Origin: a virus
IMG/VR virus record: IMGVR_UViG_3300050120_000255
Coordinates: 14,491-78,490 of that record
Direction: 5' to 3' (one strand)
DNA: 64,000 nucleotides
The notes below the pieces were generated by a model that was not told the origin of the DNA, made no database searches, and worked only from the letters and a program-made list of their open reading frames with translations. Positions 1 to 8,114 of the stretch are shown in pieces (the first letter of the stretch is position 1; the number at the start of each line of letters is the position of its first letter). Both the position numbers and the translations under genes were made by a program.

Positions 1-883
1 TTCTGTCGATGCAAACGTCGAAATCTTGAAACGATCCGTCGGTCATTCCGAGGACATGACGCAGCGGCGTAAACCCGTCCGAACCTATCTCGGCGATCAC
101 GGCACCGTAGACATGATGGAAGACGCCTTTATGCCCGGCCTTCGTATCGGTGTAATTCGGAACCGTGCATGTGCCGGTCGTCATGATGATTGGCGGCAGG
201 TCGCTGTGCGCCGCAGGAATGGTCTCTAGGCCAACCTTGGCGTGCGGAAAGATTGCGTTGCGGCTCTGCCCGTAAGTGGCGAGCCCAGACAGCGGACGGT
301 TCGCCGTCGGCAAGGTGTTCATCTCCGCGCAAAAGATTGCGCTGCCGATCGTCGTGCGCTCCCTCACGAGCACGTCTTGGATTTCGGGAGACCAACGATA
401 TTCCTGCTTCGTTTTCTTTTTTTCGTTGCGGTCGCGTTCGTCCGCCATGGCGGTTTGATAGGTGAACGGCGCACATAGAATTCGCGTGTTGCCGAGGTGC
501 GCCGCGTAGGCGCGAAGGTTATCGAGGAAGGGCCGATTGACGTCTGTGTCGTTCTGCGCCGATGTGAGGAGCGCGTATTCTTTGCCGCGCGGCCGGGCCC
601 AAAGAGGCTCGCGGCGAGGCAACTCTTTCAGCTTTTCGTTTGGCTCTTCTGGATCGGGGCCGATCTCCCAATCGACCTTCAACCCGAGGCGCTCATAGGG
701 GCCGCCGGGAGCGACACGAGAGGCCAAAGTTCTGCGGGGAATCCTGAGCTGAGAAGCAGCGATTGCGATGGCGCCGGGGGTTCTTGCTGCGGGTTTTTCA
801 CCGATGCCGGCGAAGCCAGCGCGCAAAGCGCCCTCTACGGCCGCGATATCAATCTTCGCGGCCTCTATGTTCGTTAGCGCCAA
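1..883 (-). CDS. T5 A1-like protein (DNA transfer / host DNA degradation family), 3' end beyond the window edge
   Basis: Absent from the ORF track because it is incomplete. Manual translation from TTG 883 (GGAG upstream) is open to position 1 and contains TSAQNDT, EMNTLPTANRPLSG, IFPHAK, TTGTCTVPNY..KAGHKGVFHH, motifs I recognise from A1-like phage proteins. Confidence 0.75.
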   Translation of the reverse strand, partial: MALTNIEAAKIDIAAVEGALRAGFAGIGEKPAARTPGAIAIAASQLRIPRRTLASRVAPGGPYERLGLKVDWEIGPDPEEPNEKLKELPRREPLWARPRGKEYALLTSAQNDTDVNRPFLDNLRAYAAHLGNTRILCAPFTYQTAMADERDRNEKKKTKQEYRWSPEIQDVLVRERTTIGSAIFCAEMNTLPTANRPLSGLATYGQSRNAIFPHAKVGLETIPAAHSDLPPIIMTTGTCTVPNYTDTKAGHKGVFHHVYGAVIAEIGSDGFTPLRHVLGMTDGSFQDFDVCIDR

Positions 884-920
884 AGCGGAATCTCCGTCCG
901 TCTATTAGTTGATGTGACAG

Positions 921-949
921 ACGGTACATTCATCAAATAGATGAGTCAA
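921..949 (-). promoter_or_regulatory. sigma70-like promoter upstream of the A1-like gene
   Basis: Minus strand TTGACT-17 nt-TACCGT, next to a 19-bp palindrome at 902-920. Confidence 0.45.
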
Positions 950-1066
950 TCTATCCGATGAATACGCCGCGGCTTATTGGGGGCCGAGGGCGCCGCTTGC
1001 GCCGGCATAGATGGTCACGGATAGTGACAACCACCTTGCGCCTGCCGGTTTGACTGATGATTTAGG

Positions 1067-2218
1067 CTAATATCCGAGCAGTCGATCCAAGCACGCGAGC
1101 ACTCGAGCGGGAATCCCATTTACGCGGTCTATGTATCCCGCCGGCGTCATATGCGTGCCGTCGTTCTGATACCAGTGAGGATCGTTCGAGTTGGATATAA
1201 CCCTCGGATCGAAATGAAGGAAGGTTCGGGTGTCGATGACCTCGTCGACAAGAAGCGCCGCCTTGTTGGCTTGAACGTAATCAATCGCCTCGACGAACTT
1301 GGCGTTCTCTGAAACACTCGCGCCGCGCTGAATCGGACCGATCCAAACTACATTCGAATCGGGAACGATGGATTTGCAGGCGGTGATCAGTGGAATCAGC
1401 GAGTTGGTGATGTAGTTTGGCGACTTCGCGAACGCCGCGCCGGGCGTCCCGACAGGAACGGACCCAAGCCCAGGGTTGCCGAGCAGATCAGCGTAGTTGA
1501 AGTCGTTCGTCCCGAGCCAGATGGTGAAGTTGACTTGCTGTCCTGGAAACACGACGAGCGACGACAAGAAATTGACGATCGCTTCCGCCCAGGGGCTGCC
1601 CTGAACATAGGCGAAGGCTGGTCCCCATGGTCCAGCGGGAATATTGCTCGCCCGGCAGCTATCCTGCCCAAACTTATAATGGATACGGCTTCGCGGTTCA
1701 GTCAGTGAGGAGCATGTGTAACAAAAGGCTGGCCCCTGAGTATCTCCGCCGCCAAGCTTATAAATATATGGAACGCCCATCTGAAGGATCGGCTGCGCAA
1801 AGAAATCAACTGCAGGGGTTGACATTAATGGATACGTCCCGCCGCCGATGTCAGACGCGGAGATCGAGTCGCCGAGAAAGATGTTGATCTGCCGGTGAAC
1901 GCCAGGGTTCCAGATGTTAACCAGGTTGGAGTTGAGCGAGAGCGCCGGCGTCGGTGCGGTATTCTGACTGGTATCGCCCGGTTGCGGCGCGTAGCCTGCG
2001 GCTACGAGCGACGCATAGAGCGCATCCGGCAGCTCCGTCCATCGCGCGGTGCCGCTCTGCGTGAATGATTGGCTCAGCATTGCGGTCCCGCGAAAAGGCG
2101 CAACCTGTTGAAGCCTCGCATTCAGATACGAAAGATTTTGCAGCTCGCTCGACGCGGTTTGGGCAACGATGGATGTCGTCGCCGCGTAGGCTTGCTGCCC
2201 TCTCAGATATTGCGTCAT
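1067..2218 (-). CDS. SGNH/GDSL hydrolase-domain protein (possible virion-associated esterase)
   Basis: Block I FLGDSIS, block III LGTND, block V DGTH. Confidence 0.75.
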   Translation of the reverse strand: MTQYLRGQQAYAATTSIVAQTASSELQNLSYLNARLQQVAPFRGTAMLSQSFTQSGTARWTELPDALYASLVAAGYAPQPGDTSQNTAPTPALSLNSNLVNIWNPGVHRQINIFLGDSISASDIGGGTYPLMSTPAVDFFAQPILQMGVPYIYKLGGGDTQGPAFCYTCSSLTEPRSRIHYKFGQDSCRASNIPAGPWGPAFAYVQGSPWAEAIVNFLSSLVVFPGQQVNFTIWLGTNDFNYADLLGNPGLGSVPVGTPGAAFAKSPNYITNSLIPLITACKSIVPDSNVVWIGPIQRGASVSENAKFVEAIDYVQANKAALLVDEVIDTRTFLHFDPRVISNSNDPHWYQNDGTHMTPAGYIDRVNGIPARVLACLDRLLGY

Positions 2219-3045
2219 GGGAAACTCGCAAAGTAAGCGTCATAAGTCGCGCGCTGCGCTAGAGTGGGGATACCGGCCCGAACAAATCCTGCGACGAACT
2301 CTGCAAACAGCCACCCAGCCGGAACAGTAATGGAATTGGCGCCCATGATTATGCCGTTGCCGCCAGGGTTGTTGTTGTTCAGCGCCCAAGGGAATGCTTC
2401 CGTGGGAGTCCATGTCTGCGTCGTATCGAGCACGCCGTTATGGTAGCTCGCATAGGTCGCCGGGCTTTGCCTGATATCGACTTCCCAGCCGATGCTAACC
2501 TTAGTCACCACATCGGTAAGAGCGCCGCCGTTGGCGACGCCCACAGATTGATTGGCGGTCGTCAATGTCGTGTTGACGACGCCATCACGCACGGAGGAAG
2601 CCAGATATGGTTTGCGCCCGGTGCTGCCGTTGCTCAAAAATAGCTCGCAACGGCTTATACCGCCGGTGCCAGGTGGGGAGGTCGTTGACGCGCTCTGCGA
2701 GCAAAGAATAAGGGTCCGCGCGGAGCCGCCGGGGTTGAGATCGGGCCTCAGCAGCGCGTAAACAGTGATTGCATTGAGGCCATTGAACAGGTCTTGACGC
2801 ACCAAGCTCATGACGCCGGCGCCGTTAAAAAACGGGCCGCCGTTCACGCCCTTCGGCGGTTGCAACGTCTTGATCGGTTGCGCCCAATCGTAGCCGTTAT
2901 TGGTCAAATCAGCGATATAGCTGATGGTTGGCGCCGCAAGACTGTCAGTCAGCGTGAAGCCTGTTTTTGTGACATCCCACCACGCCAGCAGCCCGGTCGT
3001 ATCAAAAGGCGGCGTCGGGAGAATGATGGGCGCGGGGCGCGTCAT
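2215..3045 (-). CDS. LamG/concanavalin-like beta-sandwich protein, putatively virion-associated
   Basis: LLAWWD...DLTNNGYDWAQ...QPP N-terminus typical of phage LamG-like proteins; G/T/S rich; ATGA-coupled to the SGNH gene. Confidence 0.5.
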   Translation of the reverse strand: MTRPAPIILPTPPFDTTGLLAWWDVTKTGFTLTDSLAAPTISYIADLTNNGYDWAQPIKTLQPPKGVNGGPFFNGAGVMSLVRQDLFNGLNAITVYALLRPDLNPGGSARTLILCSQSASTTSPPGTGGISRCELFLSNGSTGRKPYLASSVRDGVVNTTLTTANQSVGVANGGALTDVVTKVSIGWEVDIRQSPATYASYHNGVLDTTQTWTPTEAFPWALNNNNPGGNGIIMGANSITVPAGWLFAEFVAGFVRAGIPTLAQRATYDAYFASFP

Positions 3046-3048
3046 CGA

Positions 3049-3963
3049 TCAACGCTCCCGAAAAATGAAGGTGAGGTTTGCGGTCGCGGCGGTCGCCTGC
3101 CCATTCCAGTTGAGGCAATAGGACTCGTTTCCCAAATTCAAAACCCAAGGCTTGCCACCCTGCGCCGGCGACATTTCGGCGGGGATGCCGTTGCTCGGCG
3201 CCGTCGTCGCATCGAGAGTCAACTTCAGAGAATCGACATTGCCGACAGAGGTGCCAAGAGTTGTCGGGCTGACCGTATAAACCTTCAGAGTCGCGCTCGC
3301 AGCGATATCGTTGCTGTCATTCAGGGCTGGAACTATCGCAGCGCCGAGCGTGCCGCCAGCATTCGCGGTGGTGCGCTTGACGAGAATAAGGTCGGCGAGC
3401 GCCAAGGCGCCAGATACGGCGCTGATTTTGACCTTGAGCAGCTCGACCTTCTTTGTTGTTGATCCGGAGATCGTCATGATGTCCGTCATTCCCGCGGCGA
3501 TCGCTACATTGGGGACGGACACTGAATAGGTCGCGTAGGGTGCGCCGACGTTATCGACGGGCAGAGGATTCGCGGTGACGTTGACGGGAAAGGCACCAGG
3601 GCCGCCCTGCATCGTTGCGAATTGGGACGAGGGAACCCCCGCGAGGCCATAGGCTGCCAGCAGAGTATTAACATAGGCCTTTGTCATGGCCATCAATGAG
3701 GGGGAGGACTGAACTCCGTCCCAAGCCGGGTCTTGCATCGAGCCAAGAGCTACGTCTGCTCCATCAGCGATCGTGATCGCTCCGCCGCTGGTGCCGCCGC
3801 CGGAGGAAGTGAAGGACTCCTGCCAACCGTTGGCCAGTAGAACTTCCGCATCGAAATCGGGCACACTGATCGAGGTTCCCGGCGTGCTCGTGTAGGTCCG
3901 ACCATTGACGGTCACACTGTTACGGCTACCGTCAGCGGGCGGGACTACATTCACCATGGGCAT
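3049..3963 (-). CDS. putative virion decoration/fibre protein
   Basis: First ~47 aa are paralogous to 27397-27693 (VNGRTY...VPxFDAxVLxANGW), followed by a Gly/Ser linker and a beta-rich body. Confidence 0.5.
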   Translation of the reverse strand: MPMVNVVPPADGSRNSVTVNGRTYTSTPGTSISVPDFDAEVLLANGWQESFTSSGGGTSGGAITIADGADVALGSMQDPAWDGVQSSPSLMAMTKAYVNTLLAAYGLAGVPSSQFATMQGGPGAFPVNVTANPLPVDNVGAPYATYSVSVPNVAIAAGMTDIMTISGSTTKKVELLKVKISAVSGALALADLILVKRTTANAGGTLGAAIVPALNDSNDIAASATLKVYTVSPTTLGTSVGNVDSLKLTLDATTAPSNGIPAEMSPAQGGKPWVLNLGNESYCLNWNGQATAATANLTFIFRER

Positions 3964-3981
3964 TAAAACGTCTCCAAAAAA

Positions 3982-4260
3982 TTAGCCGCCGTTGATATGC
4001 GGGACAGTCGGAAAATGATCTTTCAGCGCTACCCAAAGGAAGCCGATGAAACCTGTTATGAGGACCAAGATGAGCGTTCCGATCGTCTTGGATTTAATCA
4101 GTTCCATCGTCTCCCCCCACTCCTTGAGGCGATGAAAATCGCGCTGCATCTGAAGCGGGTTTGAGACATCGATTCCCATTCCTGAAAGAAATTCGCGGAG
4201 GGTCTCTTTGACGGTTTCCTTGACGATTTCCTTCACCTGGTCTTCGGTCAGCGGAGGCAT
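3982..4260 (-). CDS. small membrane protein with C-terminal TM (holin/antiholin-like)
   Basis: Restarted at ATG 4260 (MPPLTEDQ); TM IGTLILVLITGFIGFLWVAL. Confidence 0.55.
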   Translation of the reverse strand: MPPLTEDQVKEIVKETVKETLREFLSGMGIDVSNPLQMQRDFHRLKEWGETMELIKSKTIGTLILVLITGFIGFLWVALKDHFPTVPHINGG

Positions 4261-4304
4261 ATCGAATCTTTCCGGCGGGCGCCGATGAGTGGACTGGTCG
4301 GGCG

Positions 4305-4412
4305 TTAGGGACCCAGGAGGGGCGCGATGAAGGAGAGGAATAATTTGTAGGCTACGCCGATCAAACAAAGGGAGATCGCCGCGACGCCGACACCGGCAAG
4401 TACGTTTCTCAT
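4305..4412 (-). CDS. 35-aa single-TM peptide
   Basis: MRNVLAGVGVAAISLCLIGVAYKLFLSF; ATGA overlap with upstream ORF, GGAGG upstream. Confidence 0.45.
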   Translation of the reverse strand: MRNVLAGVGVAAISLCLIGVAYKLFLSFIAPLLGP

Positions 4413-4609
4413 TTTCCCTCCTTGCCGCAGACGACGCGGAAGGTTCCGGGGATGCGCTGTCCCATCTGGAAGACGGCCCCCTGGTAGTGGGTACCGCAGG
4501 CGGATCGGTCGATTTCCACGTCCTGGGGGACTCTCCGTCCATCCAAGGCGAGGAACATGAGCGAGGCCTTGACGAGCAAGACCTTCGCTGCTGCCAAATG
4601 CAGCGCCAT
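4409..4609 (-). CDS. hypothetical protein (66 aa)
   Basis: TAATG overlap with the upstream lipoprotein gene. Confidence 0.45.
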   Translation of the reverse strand: MALHLAAAKVLLVKASLMFLALDGRRVPQDVEIDRSACGTHYQGAVFQMGQRIPGTFRVVCGKEGK

Positions 4610-4938
4610 TACAGCGGGTTCGGGATGCCGCCGAGCTTCGTGCAATCGGCCGCGGAAGCTGCGTAGACGTGACCGGCAAGAACTTGAATGGCCACATCGC
4701 CGGAGGCTTGATCGTCGACGTAGGCGGCTACGTTGGCGGTGTCGCAAGCGACGGTCATTCCCAGCTTCTCGGCATCTTGAATGAGCTTCGCAAGAGCCGC
4801 CGAATTCAGACCACTGATGACAGTGGTCAGACCGGCGTCGATGCCCGTGACAACCGAGTCGAACGAACAGGCGCCGAGACCAATGGCCAGGGCACACGCG
4901 CAGGTGAGAGCGGTAAATTTCTTGAGGTCAAAACGCAT
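4609..4938 (-). CDS. lipoprotein (spanin-like candidate)
   Basis: Lipobox LGAC after a basic/hydrophobic leader; GGAG RBS; lysis-region context. Confidence 0.65.
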   Translation of the reverse strand: MRFDLKKFTALTCACALAIGLGACSFDSVVTGIDAGLTTVISGLNSAALAKLIQDAEKLGMTVACDTANVAAYVDDQASGDVAIQVLAGHVYAASAADCTKLGGIPNPL

Positions 4939-4947
4939 TTTTGTCTC

Positions 4948-5490
4948 CTATTTGATTGGTGTTGAAATATTTTCAGAACGGAAAAGGAGGTCCCATACGC
5001 CAGTCGTGACGCCGTAGTTGACCGTATGAAATCGATGGTGCGCGACGTGCCGCAATTTGGCGCCGTAGAGCGGATTTCCTTTGCGAATATCGGCGTAGTG
5101 GAAGGCCGTATGCTCGAAGGAGTAGAGGACGTAGCCGACGGAAAACCCGAGTGCGAAAGCACTGCTTCGGGGGCCAAACAAAATCCACATGGCGGCGTAT
5201 ATGGCCACGGTCACTAGAGGATGAACCGCGATGTATTCTTTCTGATTGCGATGGTGCAGCCAGTGAACAGCGCGGAAGACTTGTAACTCGTGCAGAACCC
5301 AACGGTGGGTTGCGTATTCGTAGAAAGTCCAGGCGAGCAGGCCGAGGACGAATCCAGGCAACCACAAGGGTCCGAAGCTGTGAAGCAGCGAATACCCCAT
5401 CAACGCCAGCGTTAGTGGCGGCGTGATGAAGAAGTCCGCGAAATACTCGCGCTTCGTCAGTTGGAACACCTTGAGGAGGATCGCGGCCAT
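4948..5490 (-). CDS. fatty acid hydroxylase / sterol desaturase family membrane enzyme
   Basis: His boxes HRWVLH, HWLHH, HTAFH, HVAHH plus NYGVTTGVWDLLF, with several TM segments. Confidence 0.85.
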   Translation of the reverse strand: MAAILLKVFQLTKREYFADFFITPPLTLALMGYSLLHSFGPLWLPGFVLGLLAWTFYEYATHRWVLHELQVFRAVHWLHHRNQKEYIAVHPLVTVAIYAAMWILFGPRSSAFALGFSVGYVLYSFEHTAFHYADIRKGNPLYGAKLRHVAHHRFHTVNYGVTTGVWDLLFRSENISTPIK

Positions 5491-5495
5491 TGCGC

Positions 5496-5633
5496 TTAGC
5501 AGTCGCCCGTTTGCTGACAGGAATGTGTGGCGCCCTCGATCACGACGTCGGCAAGATTAAGGATGCCCGACCTACAGCCGGCCATGCTGAGACCAAGGCC
5601 GATTATGAGGATCGCGATTGCGATTTTCTTCAT
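5496..5633 (-). CDS. 45-aa lipoprotein
   Basis: MKKIAIAILIIGLGLSMAGC lipobox; TGATG overlap. Confidence 0.6.
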   Translation of the reverse strand: MKKIAIAILIIGLGLSMAGCRSGILNLADVVIEGATHSCQQTGDC

Positions 5634-6106
5634 CACAGCCCAAAGATTCCCTTCTGCGTGAAGTTGCCGTTCGCATCGAGTTGATGGGACGGATCGGTCG
5701 CCCAGGATTCGGAGATGAGGCCTCCCTTTCCGTCCGGCTTGAGCGTCGATACCCAAGTGACAAGTGTCGGGAGGACCACGGCCAAAACATCGCTGACCAC
5801 TACAACCGCTTCCTCGGCGGCCGCGGCCGGCGGGTAGACGACGGCGATGGCTTTGAGGAGGCTCTCGATGATTGGAGCCCCGGCGGCGAGTTCAGCCTGA
5901 AGGTCCTTCGATTTCCATGCGGCTTCGAGCGCCGCGAAGTCCGAACTGATAGGCTTCAACGCGGTGACGACGTTGGTCACATCCGCGACGGTGGTCTTAA
6001 CCACAGCCGGAATGGCGGCGGCTTCAGTCTCGACGGCCGAAACTGTTGCCGCGATGGTCGTGGCCGCAGGCTTGAGCCACCCGATGATTGAGCCGAGCCA
6101 GCTCAT
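5633..6106 (-). CDS. Ala/Val-rich hypothetical protein
   Basis: Start at ATG 6106 (MSWLGSIIGW), ATGA-coupled. Confidence 0.6.
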   Translation of the reverse strand: MSWLGSIIGWLKPAATTIAATVSAVETEAAAIPAVVKTTVADVTNVVTALKPISSDFAALEAAWKSKDLQAELAAGAPIIESLLKAIAVVYPPAAAAEEAVVVVSDVLAVVLPTLVTWVSTLKPDGKGGLISESWATDPSHQLDANGNFTQKGIFGL

Positions 6107-6327
6107 TTGCCAACGTTCGGAAGAGCAGCCGTGCCGGTCTTGTCGCCATCTTTGGCGAGGAGCCCGACGATGCCAAACAGGATGAACCCGAGGTCGACGT
6201 GCCAATTCGGAGAGAGCTGGCGGTTCACCGCATAAGCCAGCAAATCCGCAACACCCGCAAGAATGCCGGTGCCGCCGAAGAGCGACGTCTGCGAGTTGCG
6301 TTTGATGTTATCCCATACGTTGGTCAT
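6103..6327 (-). CDS. putative holin (2 TM, 74 aa)
   Basis: Two hydrophobic segments and a charged C-tail (GLLAKDGDK); two genes downstream of the endolysin. Confidence 0.55.
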   Translation of the reverse strand: MTNVWDNIKRNSQTSLFGGTGILAGVADLLAYAVNRQLSPNWHVDLGFILFGIVGLLAKDGDKTGTAALPNVGK

Positions 6328-6328
6328 T

Positions 6329-6529
6329 TCAGATCCGTTTCTCGAAAATTTCTGCAAGAATAAAAGGGGCGAAAACCAAAACAGCGGAGACGATCGTGCA
6401 AACGACAACGGCAATACCGAAGCCCGTTCCAACGCGCCCTCGGGGAAGTGCGCCGGCTAAAAGAAAGCAGCCCATTCCGATGACGCCGATGAGCAGCGCG
6501 CCCGCTATTGGCCCGGGGTAGATGCTCAA
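6329..6529 (-). CDS. small 2-TM membrane protein
   Basis: TTG start overlapping the endolysin stop; two hydrophobic segments. Confidence 0.5.
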   Translation of the reverse strand: MSIYPGPIAGALLIGVIGMGCFLLAGALPRGRVGTGFGIAVVVCTIVSAVLVFAPFILAEIFEKRI

Positions 6530-7032
6530 CTTACCCTCGCGTATTGAAAGTGCATTCCATCCGGTCGCCCGTGCCAACGGCCGCCCCAAGTCCAACCCTC
6601 GGCTTCGAAGGTCTTCACGACGATCGAGTCTTCAGTGAAGCTGTGCTCATGGCCACCCGGCGCGGCGCCGAGTGGATTTTCAGGGGCATCGAAATCAACG
6701 GCGAGGCCGTAGGCGTGCATCGACACAGTCTTCATGCCACGCATCGAACGAACGACCCACGAACCGGAGAAGAGATCGGCGTGTGTCGCCCTGAGCTTTC
6801 CGAGATCTTGGTCGCAGGCCTTCCAGATACTCTTCAGGACGCGATCAAATGAATCAGCGCAAACCTTGTTGAGCGAGATCGACTTGATCGGGATCTCGCC
6901 CATAAACATCGGAAAAGGCGGCGGAATGCGCATGATATTGCGCACGGCAAACCCGGCCGAAGTCGGGTTGCCGAACAGCTCCGCGCAATCACGCTGCAAA
7001 GGGGTCTTTGCCGATGGGATTGAAGCTGACAA
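6526..7032 (-). CDS. endolysin, M15-family Zn peptidase
   Basis: SMHAYGLAVD (SxHxxGxAxD), WGGRW, DGMHFQ. Confidence 0.9.
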   Translation of the reverse strand: MSASIPSAKTPLQRDCAELFGNPTSAGFAVRNIMRIPPPFPMFMGEIPIKSISLNKVCADSFDRVLKSIWKACDQDLGKLRATHADLFSGSWVVRSMRGMKTVSMHAYGLAVDFDAPENPLGAAPGGHEHSFTEDSIVVKTFEAEGWTWGGRWHGRPDGMHFQYARVS

Positions 7033-7092
7033 CGCCGCGCCTTCTATTCGATTAATTCAACGGTCTATCCATACATCGAATAGATAGGAGCG

Positions 7093-7707
7093 TCAAGAAG
7101 GCGGAATCCCTCCCCACGGGGGAAGCGGATCGCTGACCTTGCCGAAGGTGATGGACCGGCAGGTTTGCGGCAGCCAAGTGCCAGAGAACCAATCGAAGCC
7201 GACGAAGCCGAGCCCGAGCACCATGTAATAGCGAACGGGATTGCTAAAGTCGGCCTTCCCGATCGCGCTCCACGATTGGAGGTTCAGAATCCGCAGAGCC
7301 GGCGTCGTTCCCCTGCCCGGCAGGTCCAAGTCGACAATCGCATCGAAATAGAGGAGCTGATTGCCCGTGCTCCATACGGTCTGGATCAGAGATTCTATCT
7401 CGCAGGGCGCGGAGATCACGTCTCCGAGGCTCTGCGAAGTGCTGCCCCATTGAATCTCCTTTCCTGGAGTCATCCGTGTCACCCTCCCGTCTGGATAGAC
7501 GTCAGCGACCTCGAGAATCCCCTGGCTCGTGAAGGCATACAGCCATGAGTCGTTCAAAACTCGATCGGCGCCCATAAATTCATCCATACGGACGACGCCG
7601 GGATAGGTTGGATCGAGCCAATATTTCAACGTGCGGTCCCCGACGACGTTGAATTGCGCGTCGCCGGGAGCCGGGCTGGGCCAATAATCTTGGGTGTTGA
7701 AAGTCAT
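7093..7707 (-). CDS. hypothetical protein (204 aa)
   Basis: Likely start ATG 7707 (MTFNTQDYW), TGATG-coupled to the RlpA-like gene. Confidence 0.6.
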   Translation of the reverse strand: MTFNTQDYWPSPAPGDAQFNVVGDRTLKYWLDPTYPGVVRMDEFMGADRVLNDSWLYAFTSQGILEVADVYPDGRVTRMTPGKEIQWGSTSQSLGDVISAPCEIESLIQTVWSTGNQLLYFDAIVDLDLPGRGTTPALRILNLQSWSAIGKADFSNPVRYYMVLGLGFVGFDWFSGTWLPQTCRSITFGKVSDPLPPWGGIPPS

Positions 7708-8057
7708 CAATCTATCCTCGTGATGTGAACGGTCGCGACGCCATCTTTGATCATGCCAATGCGTTCCGCCGCGCCGCGGCTCAGGTCCGCGCATCGACTG
7801 GTCCACCTGGCCGGGCCCCAATCGTTGTGAACCACGTCGACGACGCGGCCCCTTAATGAGACCCGGTAGTGATGCCCGAAATCGTAAGAGCGCAGAGCGA
7901 CCGAGAACCGACTTGGATTGAACCGCCGGCCGTCGGCGGTATGTGTGCCACTCTCCCTTCCGTAAAATGACGCCCTGCAGGTTTCGGCGCGAACATTGAT
8001 GACCTGGGCAATTAATAGGGCCGCGCAAATAGATAAAAAAATCCAAAACTTTGTCAG
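7707..8057 (-). CDS. secreted RlpA-like double-psi beta-barrel (lytic transglycosylase-type) protein, CTG start
   Basis: Absent from the ORF track. AGGAGG-7 nt-CTG, then 116 aa: signal peptide followed by CRASFYG...TADGRRFNP...VVHNDWGP...ADLSRGAAERIGM. Confidence 0.8.
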   Translation of the reverse strand: MTKFWIFLSICAALLIAQVINVRAETCRASFYGRESGTHTADGRRFNPSRFSVALRSYDFGHHYRVSLRGRVVDVVHNDWGPARWTSRCADLSRGAAERIGMIKDGVATVHITRID

Positions 8058-8114
8058 GGCCTTTCCTCCTATTCGATCATGTAATAGATTGAAGTCACTA
8101 ATATGAGATGCTCG

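Noticed and set aside
26-877. Short ORFs listed in the track for this interval
   Set aside because: All overlap the A1-like minus-strand frame, which has far better motif support.
7708-8046. N-terminal 113 aa of the 317-aa ORF 7093-8046
   Set aside because: Wrong frame; this stretch encodes the RlpA-like gene in another minus frame.
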